The notes under the pieces: generated by a model
Seen by the model: the letters and a program-made list of their open reading frames with translations, nothing else
What the model was told of the DNA's origin: nothing
Databases searched by the model: none
Translations under genes and position numbers: made by a program
Shown: positions 10,321 to 17,146 of the stretch, piece by piece
Layout: every line of letters starts with the position of its first letter
Numbering within the stretch: position 1 is the first letter of the stretch
From: Faecalibaculum rodentium
GTDB taxonomy: Bacteria; Bacillota_I; Bacilli_A; Erysipelotrichales; Erysipelotrichaceae
Reading direction: 5' to 3'
Assembly: GCF_001564455.1 (NCBI RefSeq)
Contig: NZ_CP011391.1
Location: 180,001-212,000 of the forward strand
DNA: 32,000 bases

Positions 10321-11304
10321 ATGAAGAAGAAACTGCTTGCAGCTCTGTCTGCTTCAGCCATACTGCTGGCGGGCTGTCAGACCGATTCCAAACCCGTGAT
10401 CGGTGTGGCTCAGCTGGTGGACCAGACATCCCTGAACATCATCCAGAATGCGATGCTGGATGAGTTTGAGGAACTGGGATACAAAGACGGTGAAAACGTG
10501 GTCATCGACTAGCAGAATGCAGCGGGCAAAGCCGAGAACCTGAACACGATCTTTTCGCAGTTCCAGAGCGAAGATGCTGCAGCTGTTGTAGCCATTACCA
10601 CAGCAGCCGCGCAGTCGGCACAGAACTTTACGGACAGTTACCCGGTGATTTTCTCGGCGGTGGCAGATCCTGTGGGAGCCGGAATCGTGAAGGATCTGGA
10701 ACATCCGGAGGGCAATATCACGGGGACAAGTTTCGAGGTGCAGGTGGACCAGATCATCGATCTGATCATGGAACTGAATCCCGATGCGAAGACCATCGGT
10801 GCGCTCTATACACCCGGCGAGGTGAACGGAGTTTCCACACTCAACCGGTTCAAGACGTACGCGAAGGAAAAGGGTCTGGAAGTGATTGACGGCACCGGAA
10901 CCGATCTGACCACTCTGCAGCAGGCAGCGCAGATGCTCGTGGAAAAATGCGATGTGCTGTTTTCGCCGAATGACAACATCGTGGCTTCGGGCATGACGGC
11001 GCTGGCATCCATTGCCCTGGAAAACCAAGTTCCGTATTATGCTGCATCGGATTCCATGGTGCAGGATGGGGCCTTTGCCACGGTGGGCATTGACTACGAG
11101 GAACTGGGAAGGGAAACCGCCAGGATGACTGTGGAAGTCCTCAAAGGCAAGGATCCTGCGGATATTCCCGTCAAAGTCTTCCGGGACAACCTCAGCATCT
11201 ATATCAACCAGAAGACGCTGGACAGTCTGGAAAAGGACTGCAGGACAAAGCTGGTCCTGCCGGAGCCGGTGATGAAGGCGGACAACCTGAAACTTCTTGA
11301 TTAG
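10321..11304 (+). pseudogene. ABC-transporter substrate-binding lipoprotein (ABC_sub_bind/BMP-like) interrupted by an in-frame TAG at 10510-10512
   Basis: The signal peptide has a lipobox (MKKKLLAALSASAILLAGC). ORFs 10018-10512 and 10645-11304 are in the same frame. The reading VVID*QNAAGKAENL continues across the stop, where homologues as I recall carry IDYQNA. No permease or ATPase genes are adjacent. Confidence 0.75.
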
Positions 11305-11346
11305 ACAAACACCCCCGGAAGGAAAAATCCGGGGGGTGTTTGTCTG
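11305..11346 (+). terminator. Intrinsic terminator after the substrate-binding protein gene
   Basis: ACAAACACCCCCGG-aaggaaaaat-CCGGGGGGTGTTTGT, then a T-rich TCTG tail, starting immediately after the TAG stop. Confidence 0.7.
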
Positions 11347-11400
11347 AATCCGTGTCTGAGGGGAGCGGGCAGGCAGAAGATTTGGGATTGAGCACTTTGG

Positions 11401-11442
11401 CAGCTAACCACCGCAAAATGGCAGCAAGCCGTTGCTGCCATT
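11401..11442. repeat. Palindrome-containing repeat, copy A (downstream flank of the AlbA_2 gene; probably its terminator hairpin)
   Basis: The sequence is CAGCTAACCACCGCAAAATGGCAGCAAgccgTTGCTGCCATT. Roughly 80% of positions match the left half of the 12737-12794 palindrome in the same orientation. The inner arms AATGGCAGCAA/TTGCTGCCATT form a hairpin 4 nt from the stop codon. Confidence 0.7.
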
Positions 11443-11445
11443 CTT

Positions 11446-12705
11446 TCAAAGCAGGAAGTATTCAACGGATCTTGAATTACCTGTTCTTCCAATGATGTGA
11501 GCTGCCATCAGCTGATTCAGGAGGTTTGTGGTTTTGGAACGGGAAAAACCGCAGTGGTCTTCAATGGCCTGTCTCCCGGCAAACTTTTTTTCCATGAGAA
11601 ACAGATAAATCTTCTGCTGATCCGGACTCAGATCAGTCAGCTGATTTACAACTGGAAGCGTGACTGAAATTGTGTTTTCCGCCGCATGGAAAGACGGCTT
11701 GACGATTTCATTTTGATAGCTGTTCAGGATTCGTCTCACACCGGTACCGAAACGTTCGATCAGACCAAGCCGCAAAAACACATAGGCAATATGAGGATTG
11801 CGTGGTACGGAGTAGAAATCCTGGAAGTACAGTGTTTCGTTCATGTTTTCGGGAAATCCTCCCGGCGAAATGATTTCTATTCTGTCTTCCAGCATGGCAA
11901 TCTGGATCCGGGCATTCCCGATGGACCAGTCGCGATGAACCAGAGCATTGGCCAGTGCTTCACGGAAAGCCACCTCGGGGATACGGAGGGATACGGTCCG
12001 TTCCATCCCTTCGATGCGTTCTGAAGAGTAGAAGAGAAAGAACAGATCGCAGGCATCATTGTATATATCCAGAACAGACTGTTTTTCCAGTGTTCTTCTT
12101 GCAAGGATCTCATTGTGATCAGTTCCGAAGCGGACAATGTCTACTCCAGGGAAACTGTTTTCAGATGAAAAAAGGAGACCCGCATTGGTATATCCGTAGC
12201 TTTTATCGTAGAGATCAAAAGTGGTCATTGTATCCTTTCCCAGTGTTTCCAGACCGATTTTTTTCTGAAGCAGCTTTTCCAGTGTGGGAAAGGTCAGGTC
12301 CTCTTTCTTGCAGGGAAGCTGATCGAATGTCAGATTCCTGTCTTTCAGAATCATATCCATCAGCAAAGAGCGGTCAATGGGAACTGTGGAAGAATCGCGG
12401 CGTATATAGGCCTGGCCCTGATAAAAATAAGGAGCAAAAGGGCTTTTCGAAACTTCGAGTGTGACCGTTCTGTTACCCTCATCAACATGGATATTGAATG
12501 CTGGAACAGGGTTCAGTGAATTGTTGATTTTGTTTTCAATGCTTAAAGCGGAGCTGGTCAGATCCCTGAGACCTTTGATTTCCAGTGTATCGGTGACACC
12601 AAAAACGATTTTTCCGGTCCTGAAATTTGCGTAGGCAGAGACAGTTTTAAGGAATGAATCTGTTACTTTTTCCTTATATTCCAGAGTGTCTGATTCTCTT
12701 TCCAT
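11446..12705 (-). CDS. AlbA_2 (Schlafen-like) + HATPase_c_4 + C-terminal wHTH protein; the family is usually annotated as 'RecG-like ATP-dependent DNA helicase / putative transcriptional regulator'
   Basis: ATG 12705 is preceded by GAAGGAGAA. The N-terminus DTLEYKEK...FLKTVSAYANFRTGKIVFGV matches AlbA_2. ALANALVHRDW...IEIISPGGFP matches the HATPase_c_4 region. The tail is HTH-like. The segment is visibly AT-richer than its neighbours. The upstream part of the 480-aa ORF crosses the palindrome and was discarded. Confidence 0.85.
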   Translation of the reverse strand: MERESDTLEYKEKVTDSFLKTVSAYANFRTGKIVFGVTDTLEIKGLRDLTSSALSIENKINNSLNPVPAFNIHVDEGNRTVTLEVSKSPFAPYFYQGQAYIRRDSSTVPIDRSLLMDMILKDRNLTFDQLPCKKEDLTFPTLEKLLQKKIGLETLGKDTMTTFDLYDKSYGYTNAGLLFSSENSFPGVDIVRFGTDHNEILARRTLEKQSVLDIYNDACDLFFLFYSSERIEGMERTVSLRIPEVAFREALANALVHRDWSIGNARIQIAMLEDRIEIISPGGFPENMNETLYFQDFYSVPRNPHIAYVFLRLGLIERFGTGVRRILNSYQNEIVKPSFHAAENTISVTLPVVNQLTDLSPDQQKIYLFLMEKKFAGRQAIEDHCGFSRSKTTNLLNQLMAAHIIGRTGNSRSVEYFLL

Positions 12706-12736
12706 ACAGTATTCTCCTTCAGTAAAGTCAGTATAG

Positions 12737-12794
12737 CAGCTAATCGCGAAAAAATGGTAGCAACGTGTTGCTACCATTTTTTCGCGATTAGCTG
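12737..12794. repeat. Perfect 58-bp palindrome (28-bp arms, 2-nt centre), copy B of the flanking repeat
   Basis: CAGCTAATCGCGAAAAAATGGTAGCAAC-gt-GTTGCTACCATTTTTTCGCGATTAGCTG lies 32-89 nt upstream of the AlbA_2 start codon. The inner hairpin is flanked by A6/T6, so it has a bidirectional terminator shape. Confidence 0.9.
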
Positions 12795-12902
12795 CCATTT
12801 TCCAGCCGGACCGCCAGCGGAACCTGCCGGACGTGCCCGTCTGCCCGCTGCCAATGTTCGCTCTGGCCACAGCCCGCAGGGCTGGCATTGCCCGGAAAAC
12901 CC

Positions 12903-12958
12903 CACAACAAAAGGAGGACGCATCCCTTCAAACTGATGCGTCCTCCTTCTTTCTTTTT
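12903..12958. terminator. Bidirectional intrinsic terminator downstream of metA
   Basis: AAGGAGGACGCATC-ccttcaaact-GATGCGTCCTCCTT is flanked by ACAACAAAA on the left and CTTTCTTTTT on the right. Confidence 0.8.
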
Positions 12959-12981
12959 ATGTAGTCCGCTGTTCTGCGGCC

Positions 12982-13947
12982 TCAGTCCCGGACTTCCTTC
13001 GCCTTCTCCCGCCGGCTTTTCTCCCGTAGGGGCTGGATTTCGCCCAGGTCATAGGGCGTGGTCTGGTAGACGAAATAGTTGATCCAGTTTGCATACAGCA
13101 GGCTGGCACTGGACCGCCAGGATACCACGGGGTCTCTGGTGTCGTCGTTATCCGGGTAGTAGTTCTGCGGCATGTCGATGGGCAGGCCCTTGTGCTTGTC
13201 CCGCAGGTACTCCTTTTCCAGGGTCCGCGGATCATACTCCGAGTGACCGGTGATGAAAATCTGACGCCCGCCCTGGGTGCTCACGGCGTAGATCCCTGCC
13301 TCGGGGCTCGAGGCCAGGACCTTGAGCTGCGACTCATTCCGGATCCCCGCTTCATCGGACTCCGTGTGACGGGAATGGGGCACCATGAAGGTTTCGTCAA
13401 ATCCCCGGAACAGCATGCTGTTGGGGCGCTCCGTGTGATGCGCAAAGACCCCGAACAGCTTTTTGTCCAGCTGATGCTTGGCAATGCCGTAATGATAGTA
13501 CAGTCCCGCCTGGGCGCCCCAGCAGATGTGGAATGTCGAGTGCACATGGGTCCGGCTCCACTCCATGATTTCACAGAGCTCCGGCCAGTACTCCACCTCC
13601 TCGAAGTCCATGTTCTCCACCGGTGCCCCGGTGATGATCATGCCGTCAAAATACCGGTCTTTGATGTCCTCGAAGGTGGAGTAGAAGCGCAGCATGTGTT
13701 CCTGCGAGGTGTTCTTCGATTCATGACTCGCCGTCTGCATGAGTTCGAGCTCCACCTGCAGCGGGGTGTTGGACAGCAGCCGGCACAGCTGGGTCTCGGT
13801 TTCAATCTTCGTGGGCATCAGATTCAGGAGAAGGATCTGCAGGGGCCGGATGTTCTGTGTCCTGGCCCGGTCCTCTTTCATCACGAAGATGTTTTCGTTT
13901 TCCAGCGTCGTGACAGCCGGCAGGTCATTGGGGATGCAGATCGGCAT
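12982..13947 (-). CDS. metA: Homoserine O-acyltransferase (MetA family)
   Basis: MPICIPNDLPAVTTLENENIFVM...LQILLLNLMPTKIETETQ...HICWGAQAGLYYHYG. The start overlaps the metY stop by 1 nt (TGATG). Confidence 0.95.
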   Translation of the reverse strand: MPICIPNDLPAVTTLENENIFVMKEDRARTQNIRPLQILLLNLMPTKIETETQLCRLLSNTPLQVELELMQTASHESKNTSQEHMLRFYSTFEDIKDRYFDGMIITGAPVENMDFEEVEYWPELCEIMEWSRTHVHSTFHICWGAQAGLYYHYGIAKHQLDKKLFGVFAHHTERPNSMLFRGFDETFMVPHSRHTESDEAGIRNESQLKVLASSPEAGIYAVSTQGGRQIFITGHSEYDPRTLEKEYLRDKHKGLPIDMPQNYYPDNDDTRDPVVSWRSSASLLYANWINYFVYQTTPYDLGEIQPLREKSRREKAKEVRD

Positions 13948-15218
13948 CAGGCCTGCTCCAGTGCCTGGGCGAGGTCGTCAATGAGATCCTGTGCATCTTC
14001 CAGCCCGCAGGAGAACCGGATCATGGAGGGGGAGATCCCGCATTCTGTGAGCTGTTCATCCGTCATCTGCCGGTGCGTCGCACTCGCCGGGTGCAGGCAG
14101 CAGCTCCGGGCATCCGCGACATGGGTTTCGATCGCTGCAGTTTTCAGCGCCTTCATGACGCGCTCCGCTGCCGCGCGCCCGCCTTTGATCTCGAAGCTCA
14201 CCACCCCGCAGCAGCCATCCGGCAGATATTTTTCGGCCAGGGCGTGATACTTGTCCCCGGGAAGGCCCGCATACTGCACGGCTTCCACCTTCGGGTGGCT
14301 GTCCAGAAACTGCGCCACCGCCAGTGCCGTCTCGGAGTGCCGCTTCATCCGCAGGTGCAGCGACTCGAGCCCCAGGTTGATATAGAAGGCGTTCTGCGGC
14401 GACTGCACACAGCCAAGGTCCCGCATGAGCTGGGACGTGGCTTTGGTGATATAGGCGCCGCCCTGGCCGAATTTTTCGGTGTACACCACCCCGTGGTAGC
14501 TTTCGTCGGGTGTGGTCAGGCCGGGGAAGCGGTCATTCTGTGTCCAGTCGAAGTTGCCGCTGTCAATGATCGCCCCGCCGATGCTGGCCCCGTGGCCGTC
14601 CATGTATTTGGTCGTGGAATGCGTCACGATATCTGCCCCGTGTTCAATGGGCCGGCAGAGAACCGGGGTCGCAAAGGTGTTGTCGATCACCAGAGGAACC
14701 CCGCCGTCATGGGCAGCCTTGGCCCAGGTTTCGATGTCCAGCACCGTGAGCGCGGGATTGGCAATGGTTTCCCCGAAGACCGCCTTTGTATTGGGACGGA
14801 TCGCCGCCCGGATTTCTTCATACGTGCTGTCGGGAGACAGGAACGTCACATCCACGCCCATGCGTTTCATGGTCGTGCCGATGAGATTGAAGGTACCGCC
14901 GTAGATCGAACTGGATGCCACGATGTGGTCCCCCGCCCCGGCGATGTTGAACAGCGCCATGAAGTTTGCGGCCTGTCCCGAGGATGTCAGCATGGCCGCC
15001 GATCCGGCCTCCAGGGCGCAGATCTTCGCCGCCACGGTGTCATTGGTGGGATTCTGGAGCCGGGAATAGAAATAGCCTTCGGCTTCCAGGTCAAAGAGCT
15101 TTCCCATGTCCTCGCTGGTGTCATAGCGGAACGTCGTGCTTTGCACAATGGGGATCTGCCGGGGTTCTCCGTTCCCTGGGCGATAGCCCGCCTGTACACA
15201 TTTGGTGCCTTGTCTCAT
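13947..15218 (-). CDS. metY: O-acetylhomoserine sulfhydrylase (PLP-dependent, Cys/Met metabolism family)
   Basis: ATG 15218 is preceded by GGGAGGA. Motifs QSTTFRYD, YSRLQNPT and THSTTKYMDGHG (PLP lysine) are present. The ORF-track extension to 15596 runs through the T-box leader and was discarded. Confidence 0.93.
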   Translation of the reverse strand: MRQGTKCVQAGYRPGNGEPRQIPIVQSTTFRYDTSEDMGKLFDLEAEGYFYSRLQNPTNDTVAAKICALEAGSAAMLTSSGQAANFMALFNIAGAGDHIVASSSIYGGTFNLIGTTMKRMGVDVTFLSPDSTYEEIRAAIRPNTKAVFGETIANPALTVLDIETWAKAAHDGGVPLVIDNTFATPVLCRPIEHGADIVTHSTTKYMDGHGASIGGAIIDSGNFDWTQNDRFPGLTTPDESYHGVVYTEKFGQGGAYITKATSQLMRDLGCVQSPQNAFYINLGLESLHLRMKRHSETALAVAQFLDSHPKVEAVQYAGLPGDKYHALAEKYLPDGCCGVVSFEIKGGRAAAERVMKALKTAAIETHVADARSCCLHPASATHRQMTDEQLTECGISPSMIRFSCGLEDAQDLIDDLAQALEQA

Positions 15219-15271
15219 ATCTGTATCCTCCCTGTTCTCTGTTCCTGTGCCGATGCCTGCAGCCAGGCCCG

Positions 15272-15490
15272 GAAAATAAAAAAGCGGCTGCCACAGGACG
15301 AAAGCCGCGCTTCGTGGTACCACCTGAATTCGCAGGCGTCTGCCTGCCTCGAGGAAATAACGGTTCCTGCCGTTCCGCCGTTTCTTGCGGACTGCTCCCG
15401 GGCCATGTTCACCGGGTCCCTTGCAGATCCTTTCACCGTACAGATCCTCTCTGGGGCTCAGGGCTTCGGCTACTCTTCCGTTCCACGCAT
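15272..15490 (-). promoter_or_regulatory. T-box riboswitch leader of metY-metA (probably Met-specific), including its terminator
   Basis: The minus strand carries AGAGUA, an AGAGAG bulge, a GGUGAAAG distal loop, the T-box sequence AAUUCAGGUGGUACCACG (15313-15330) and the terminator GCGGCU...AGCCGC+UUUUUU (15272-15310). A possible -10 TATAAT is at 15498-15503. Confidence 0.8.
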
Positions 15491-15561
15491 TTGGTTTATT
15501 ATAGCAGACGACAGACAGGATGGAATACCGGTTTTGGTGGACGAGAATGGAATAAAAAAGA

Positions 15562-15721
15562 TTACCGTGATAAAGCCCTTTCACATAATATCCCACAATG
15601 TGGCGATTATTTTACCGCAGGGCTTTTGTATCCTATGAGTGAGCCAAGGATAGAGGCTCACTTCATAATCAAATTCCCTTTCTTAAACTTTCTTGGAAAA
15701 GAGGCCGCAAGGTCTCTTTTT
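15562..15721 (+). ncRNA. Candidate structured RNA / sRNA, paralogue 1 (unclassified)
   Basis: This 160-bp unit is paralogous to 15854-16013. It has a CCACA-a-TGTGG hairpin and a GTGAGCC-aaggataga-GGCTCAC hairpin (15639-15661). A conserved core TTCATAATCAAATTCCCTTTCTTAAACTTTCT follows. It ends in the terminator AGAGGCC-gcaa-GGTCTCT+TTTTT (15699-15721). A possible promoter is TTACCG-N18-TAATAT (15562-15591). Confidence 0.4.
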
Positions 15722-15727
15722 CAATTG

Positions 15728-15866
15728 TACCGGGCAAAACCGCGCATTTTACGGCGGTCAATGATTGACTCGGGTAACCAGAACGCGCATTGGTCTGACC
15801 CTTTACGGTGGTAAAAAAGTGAATCGGGTAAACCCTGGATTTGTCAAGACTTTTTAATGTGGTAAA
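15728..15866. repeat. Tandem 51-54 bp repeat array carrying TTAcgGTGGTAAA-like 13-mers
   Basis: 13-mers sit at 15749 (TTACGGCGGTCAA), 15803 (TTACGGTGGTAAA) and 15854 (TTAATGTGGTAAA), plus an isolated copy at 15562 (TTACCGTGATAAA). CGGGTAAnCC and GCGCATT sub-motifs also repeat. Confidence 0.6.
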
Positions 15867-16013
15867 GCGCTTTCACACACTTTCCCACAGTGTGGCGATG
15901 ATTAAAACATACACCCTTGGTAGACTAAGGACGAGTCAAGGATAGGACTCACTTCATAATCAAATTCCCTTTCTTAAAACTTTCTGCAAAAGGCCCGTGC
16001 AAGCGGGCTTTTT
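15854..16013 (+). ncRNA. Candidate structured RNA / sRNA, paralogue 2 (unclassified)
   Basis: The architecture matches paralogue 1: CCACA-g-TGTGG, GAGTC-aaggatag-GACTC (15933-15950), and an identical core with one extra A (TTCTTAAAACTTTCT). The terminator has an unrelated sequence, GCCCG-tgcaag-CGGGC+TTTTT (15993-16013). Confidence 0.4.
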
Positions 16014-16058
16014 GTATTGCGGAGAAAAAACTGCAACGCAGGAAAAGGAGGAATCTGC

Positions 16059-16466
16059 ATGAATGACAGAAAAACGGACACCAGGAATCTGGACGGGACA
16101 CAGTTTGCGGCGTTCAGCCGGGAGATGGAGCACCGGATGGAGCAGCTGCTGTGTATGAAAAGACTGCTGGAGCAGACGAAGACGGCAATGGATGACTGCC
16201 GTGAGCCGGCCCGTACACTGTATGACTGGTATTTCAAAGGCAGCTGGCTGCAGGACAGAGACCGGGAAGAAAAACACCCGCTGAAGCAGCCGGCGGGTGT
16301 CTACAGCGAAGACGGACTGTATGACCTGTTTCAGGATCTGGAGGATCTTTGCAGATCAGTGGAAGAGGCAGTCCGTGACTTCCGGCTGCAGATGAATCCG
16401 GAAACCGGAGACGGAGAAAAAAGCCGGGGGATTGTGCAGGACGGACAACAGAGCCAGAAACAATAA
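16059..16466 (+). CDS. DUF4298-like small cytoplasmic protein (hypothetical)
   Basis: ATG 16059 is preceded by AAGGAGGAA. The block LYDWYFKGSWLQD...GVYSEDGLYDLFQDLEDL matches the pattern I recall for DUF4298 (YY.S..W..D ... VLSEDGLYDLL). Length is 135 aa. Confidence 0.65.
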   Translation: MNDRKTDTRNLDGTQFAAFSREMEHRMEQLLCMKRLLEQTKTAMDDCREPARTLYDWYFKGSWLQDRDREEKHPLKQPAGVYSEDGLYDLFQDLEDLCRSVEEAVRDFRLQMNPETGDGEKSRGIVQDGQQSQKQ

Positions 16467-16486
16467 TAAACACAAAAAGTACTGTT

Positions 16487-16527
16487 GGATTACATCCGGC
16501 ACAGTCAAATGCTGCTGGATTGAATCA
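16487..16527. repeat. Pair of operator-like palindromes spaced 30 bp apart (left pair)
   Basis: GGATTACATCC (16487-16497) and GGATTGAATCA (16517-16527), each inside a ~30-bp unit tgCTGnTGGATTnAATC...ACAATC. Confidence 0.6.
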
Positions 16528-16627
16528 GATACAATCACATCCTGATGCACTTTCAGACTGCTCTCTCATTTGTCAGTTGCGCAGGTGGGCGCAGGCGGAC
16601 TGGTGCAGAGAATGGCCTTTCACTGGC

Positions 16628-17068
16628 TCAGGGAAAACAAAACGCCGCCTGCGCAGCTTCCCGGGTTTGGCAGGGACCGGAGAAGATGCGGGGAAGGACT
16701 GTCCGCAAAGCGGCTGTGCACAATGGAAATGCATCCGATGAAAGAAGTTCGTAATAGGAAATCTTTTTTCCGTTTTGCCTGATGGCAGAATCCGGAAATA
16801 CATAAATTCTCTGCAGAAGTTCATCCTCATCCTGCATGACTGCCTGCATTCTGACTTCATCAGTCTGCGGATACAGGGAACTTCCCTGATCTCAGAGAGG
16901 AGCCAGTTTGATTGCATCGCTTTCCCGATTGTAGAGAAATCTCCAGTTCCGATATGCGAAGATTCGAACCGCCTGGAAGATGATGCGGAATGTTTCTCTG
17001 TCTGCACTGATGGCTTGTGTACCAGCGGCTTGCGGCCAGCACTGTGCCGGCTGCTTCGGCGGGTCTTC
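16628..17068 (-). pseudogene. Decayed ORF of unknown family (no start codon, in-frame TGA at 16892-16894)
   Basis: One minus-strand frame reads protein-like text (AISADRETFRIIFQAVRIFAYRNWRFLYNRESDAIKLAPL*DQGSSLYPQTDEVRMQAVMQDEDELLQRIYVFPDSAIRQNGKKISYYELL). It is bounded upstream by TAG and lacks an initiator. The region is AT-richer than its flanks. Confidence 0.3.
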
Positions 17069-17146
17069 CTAAAGGACAGTCAGAGCTCAAGATGCATCAG
17101 CTGCATGGTGAATATGAATGGTATGGTTCAGCTGCATAGATGTGCT

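Noticed and set aside
10510-10512. In-frame TAG as pyrrolysine or another programmed recoding event
   Set aside because: TAG terminates at least three nearby genes normally (SDR, the intron IEP and this gene's own end). No pyl genes or PYLIS-like context are visible. A TAY-to-TAG nonsense change or a sequencing error is the simpler explanation.
12706-12888. N-terminal 61 codons of the 480-aa AlbA_2 ORF
   Set aside because: This stretch reads through the 58-bp palindrome. The internal ATG 12705 has a GAAGGAG RBS and begins exactly at the conserved AlbA_2 N-terminus (MERESDTLEYKEK).
15219-15500. SAM (S-box) riboswitch upstream of metY-metA
   Set aside because: I expected one for met genes in many Firmicutes, but the leader shows T-box hallmarks instead (AGAGA bulge, GGUGAAAG loop, GGUGGUACCACG). 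I could not find the S-box conserved core.
14073-15638. 521-aa plus-strand ORF opposite metY and the T-box leader; also 13192-14247 (+) opposite metA
   Set aside because: These are shadow ORFs antisense to conserved PLP-enzyme and MetA genes, and they continue through non-coding leader RNA.
15635-15814. 59-aa ORF (MSEPRIEAHFIIKFPFLNFLGKE...) running through RNA-like paralogue 1
   Set aside because: Paralogue 2 has no ATG at the equivalent position and carries a 1-nt indel in the conserved core that would shift the frame. The ORF also reads through a terminator hairpin. Conservation is therefore at the nucleotide or structure level, not the protein level.
15586-15900. DnaA-box / origin-like reading of TATCCCACA and TTTCCCACA plus the phased repeats
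   Set aside because: The matches to TTATCCACA are imperfect, with an extra C or a mismatch at a core position. Only two exist and each is half of a CCACAnTGTGG hairpin. No AT-rich unwinding element or dnaA/dnaN context is present.
16573-17007. 144-aa minus-strand ORF and 134-aa plus-strand ORF (16775-17179) as real genes
   Set aside because: Both give Cys/Arg/Ser-rich, non-protein-like translations with no RBS. The only protein-like frame in this region is a different one and is disrupted, so it is reported as a possible pseudogene instead.
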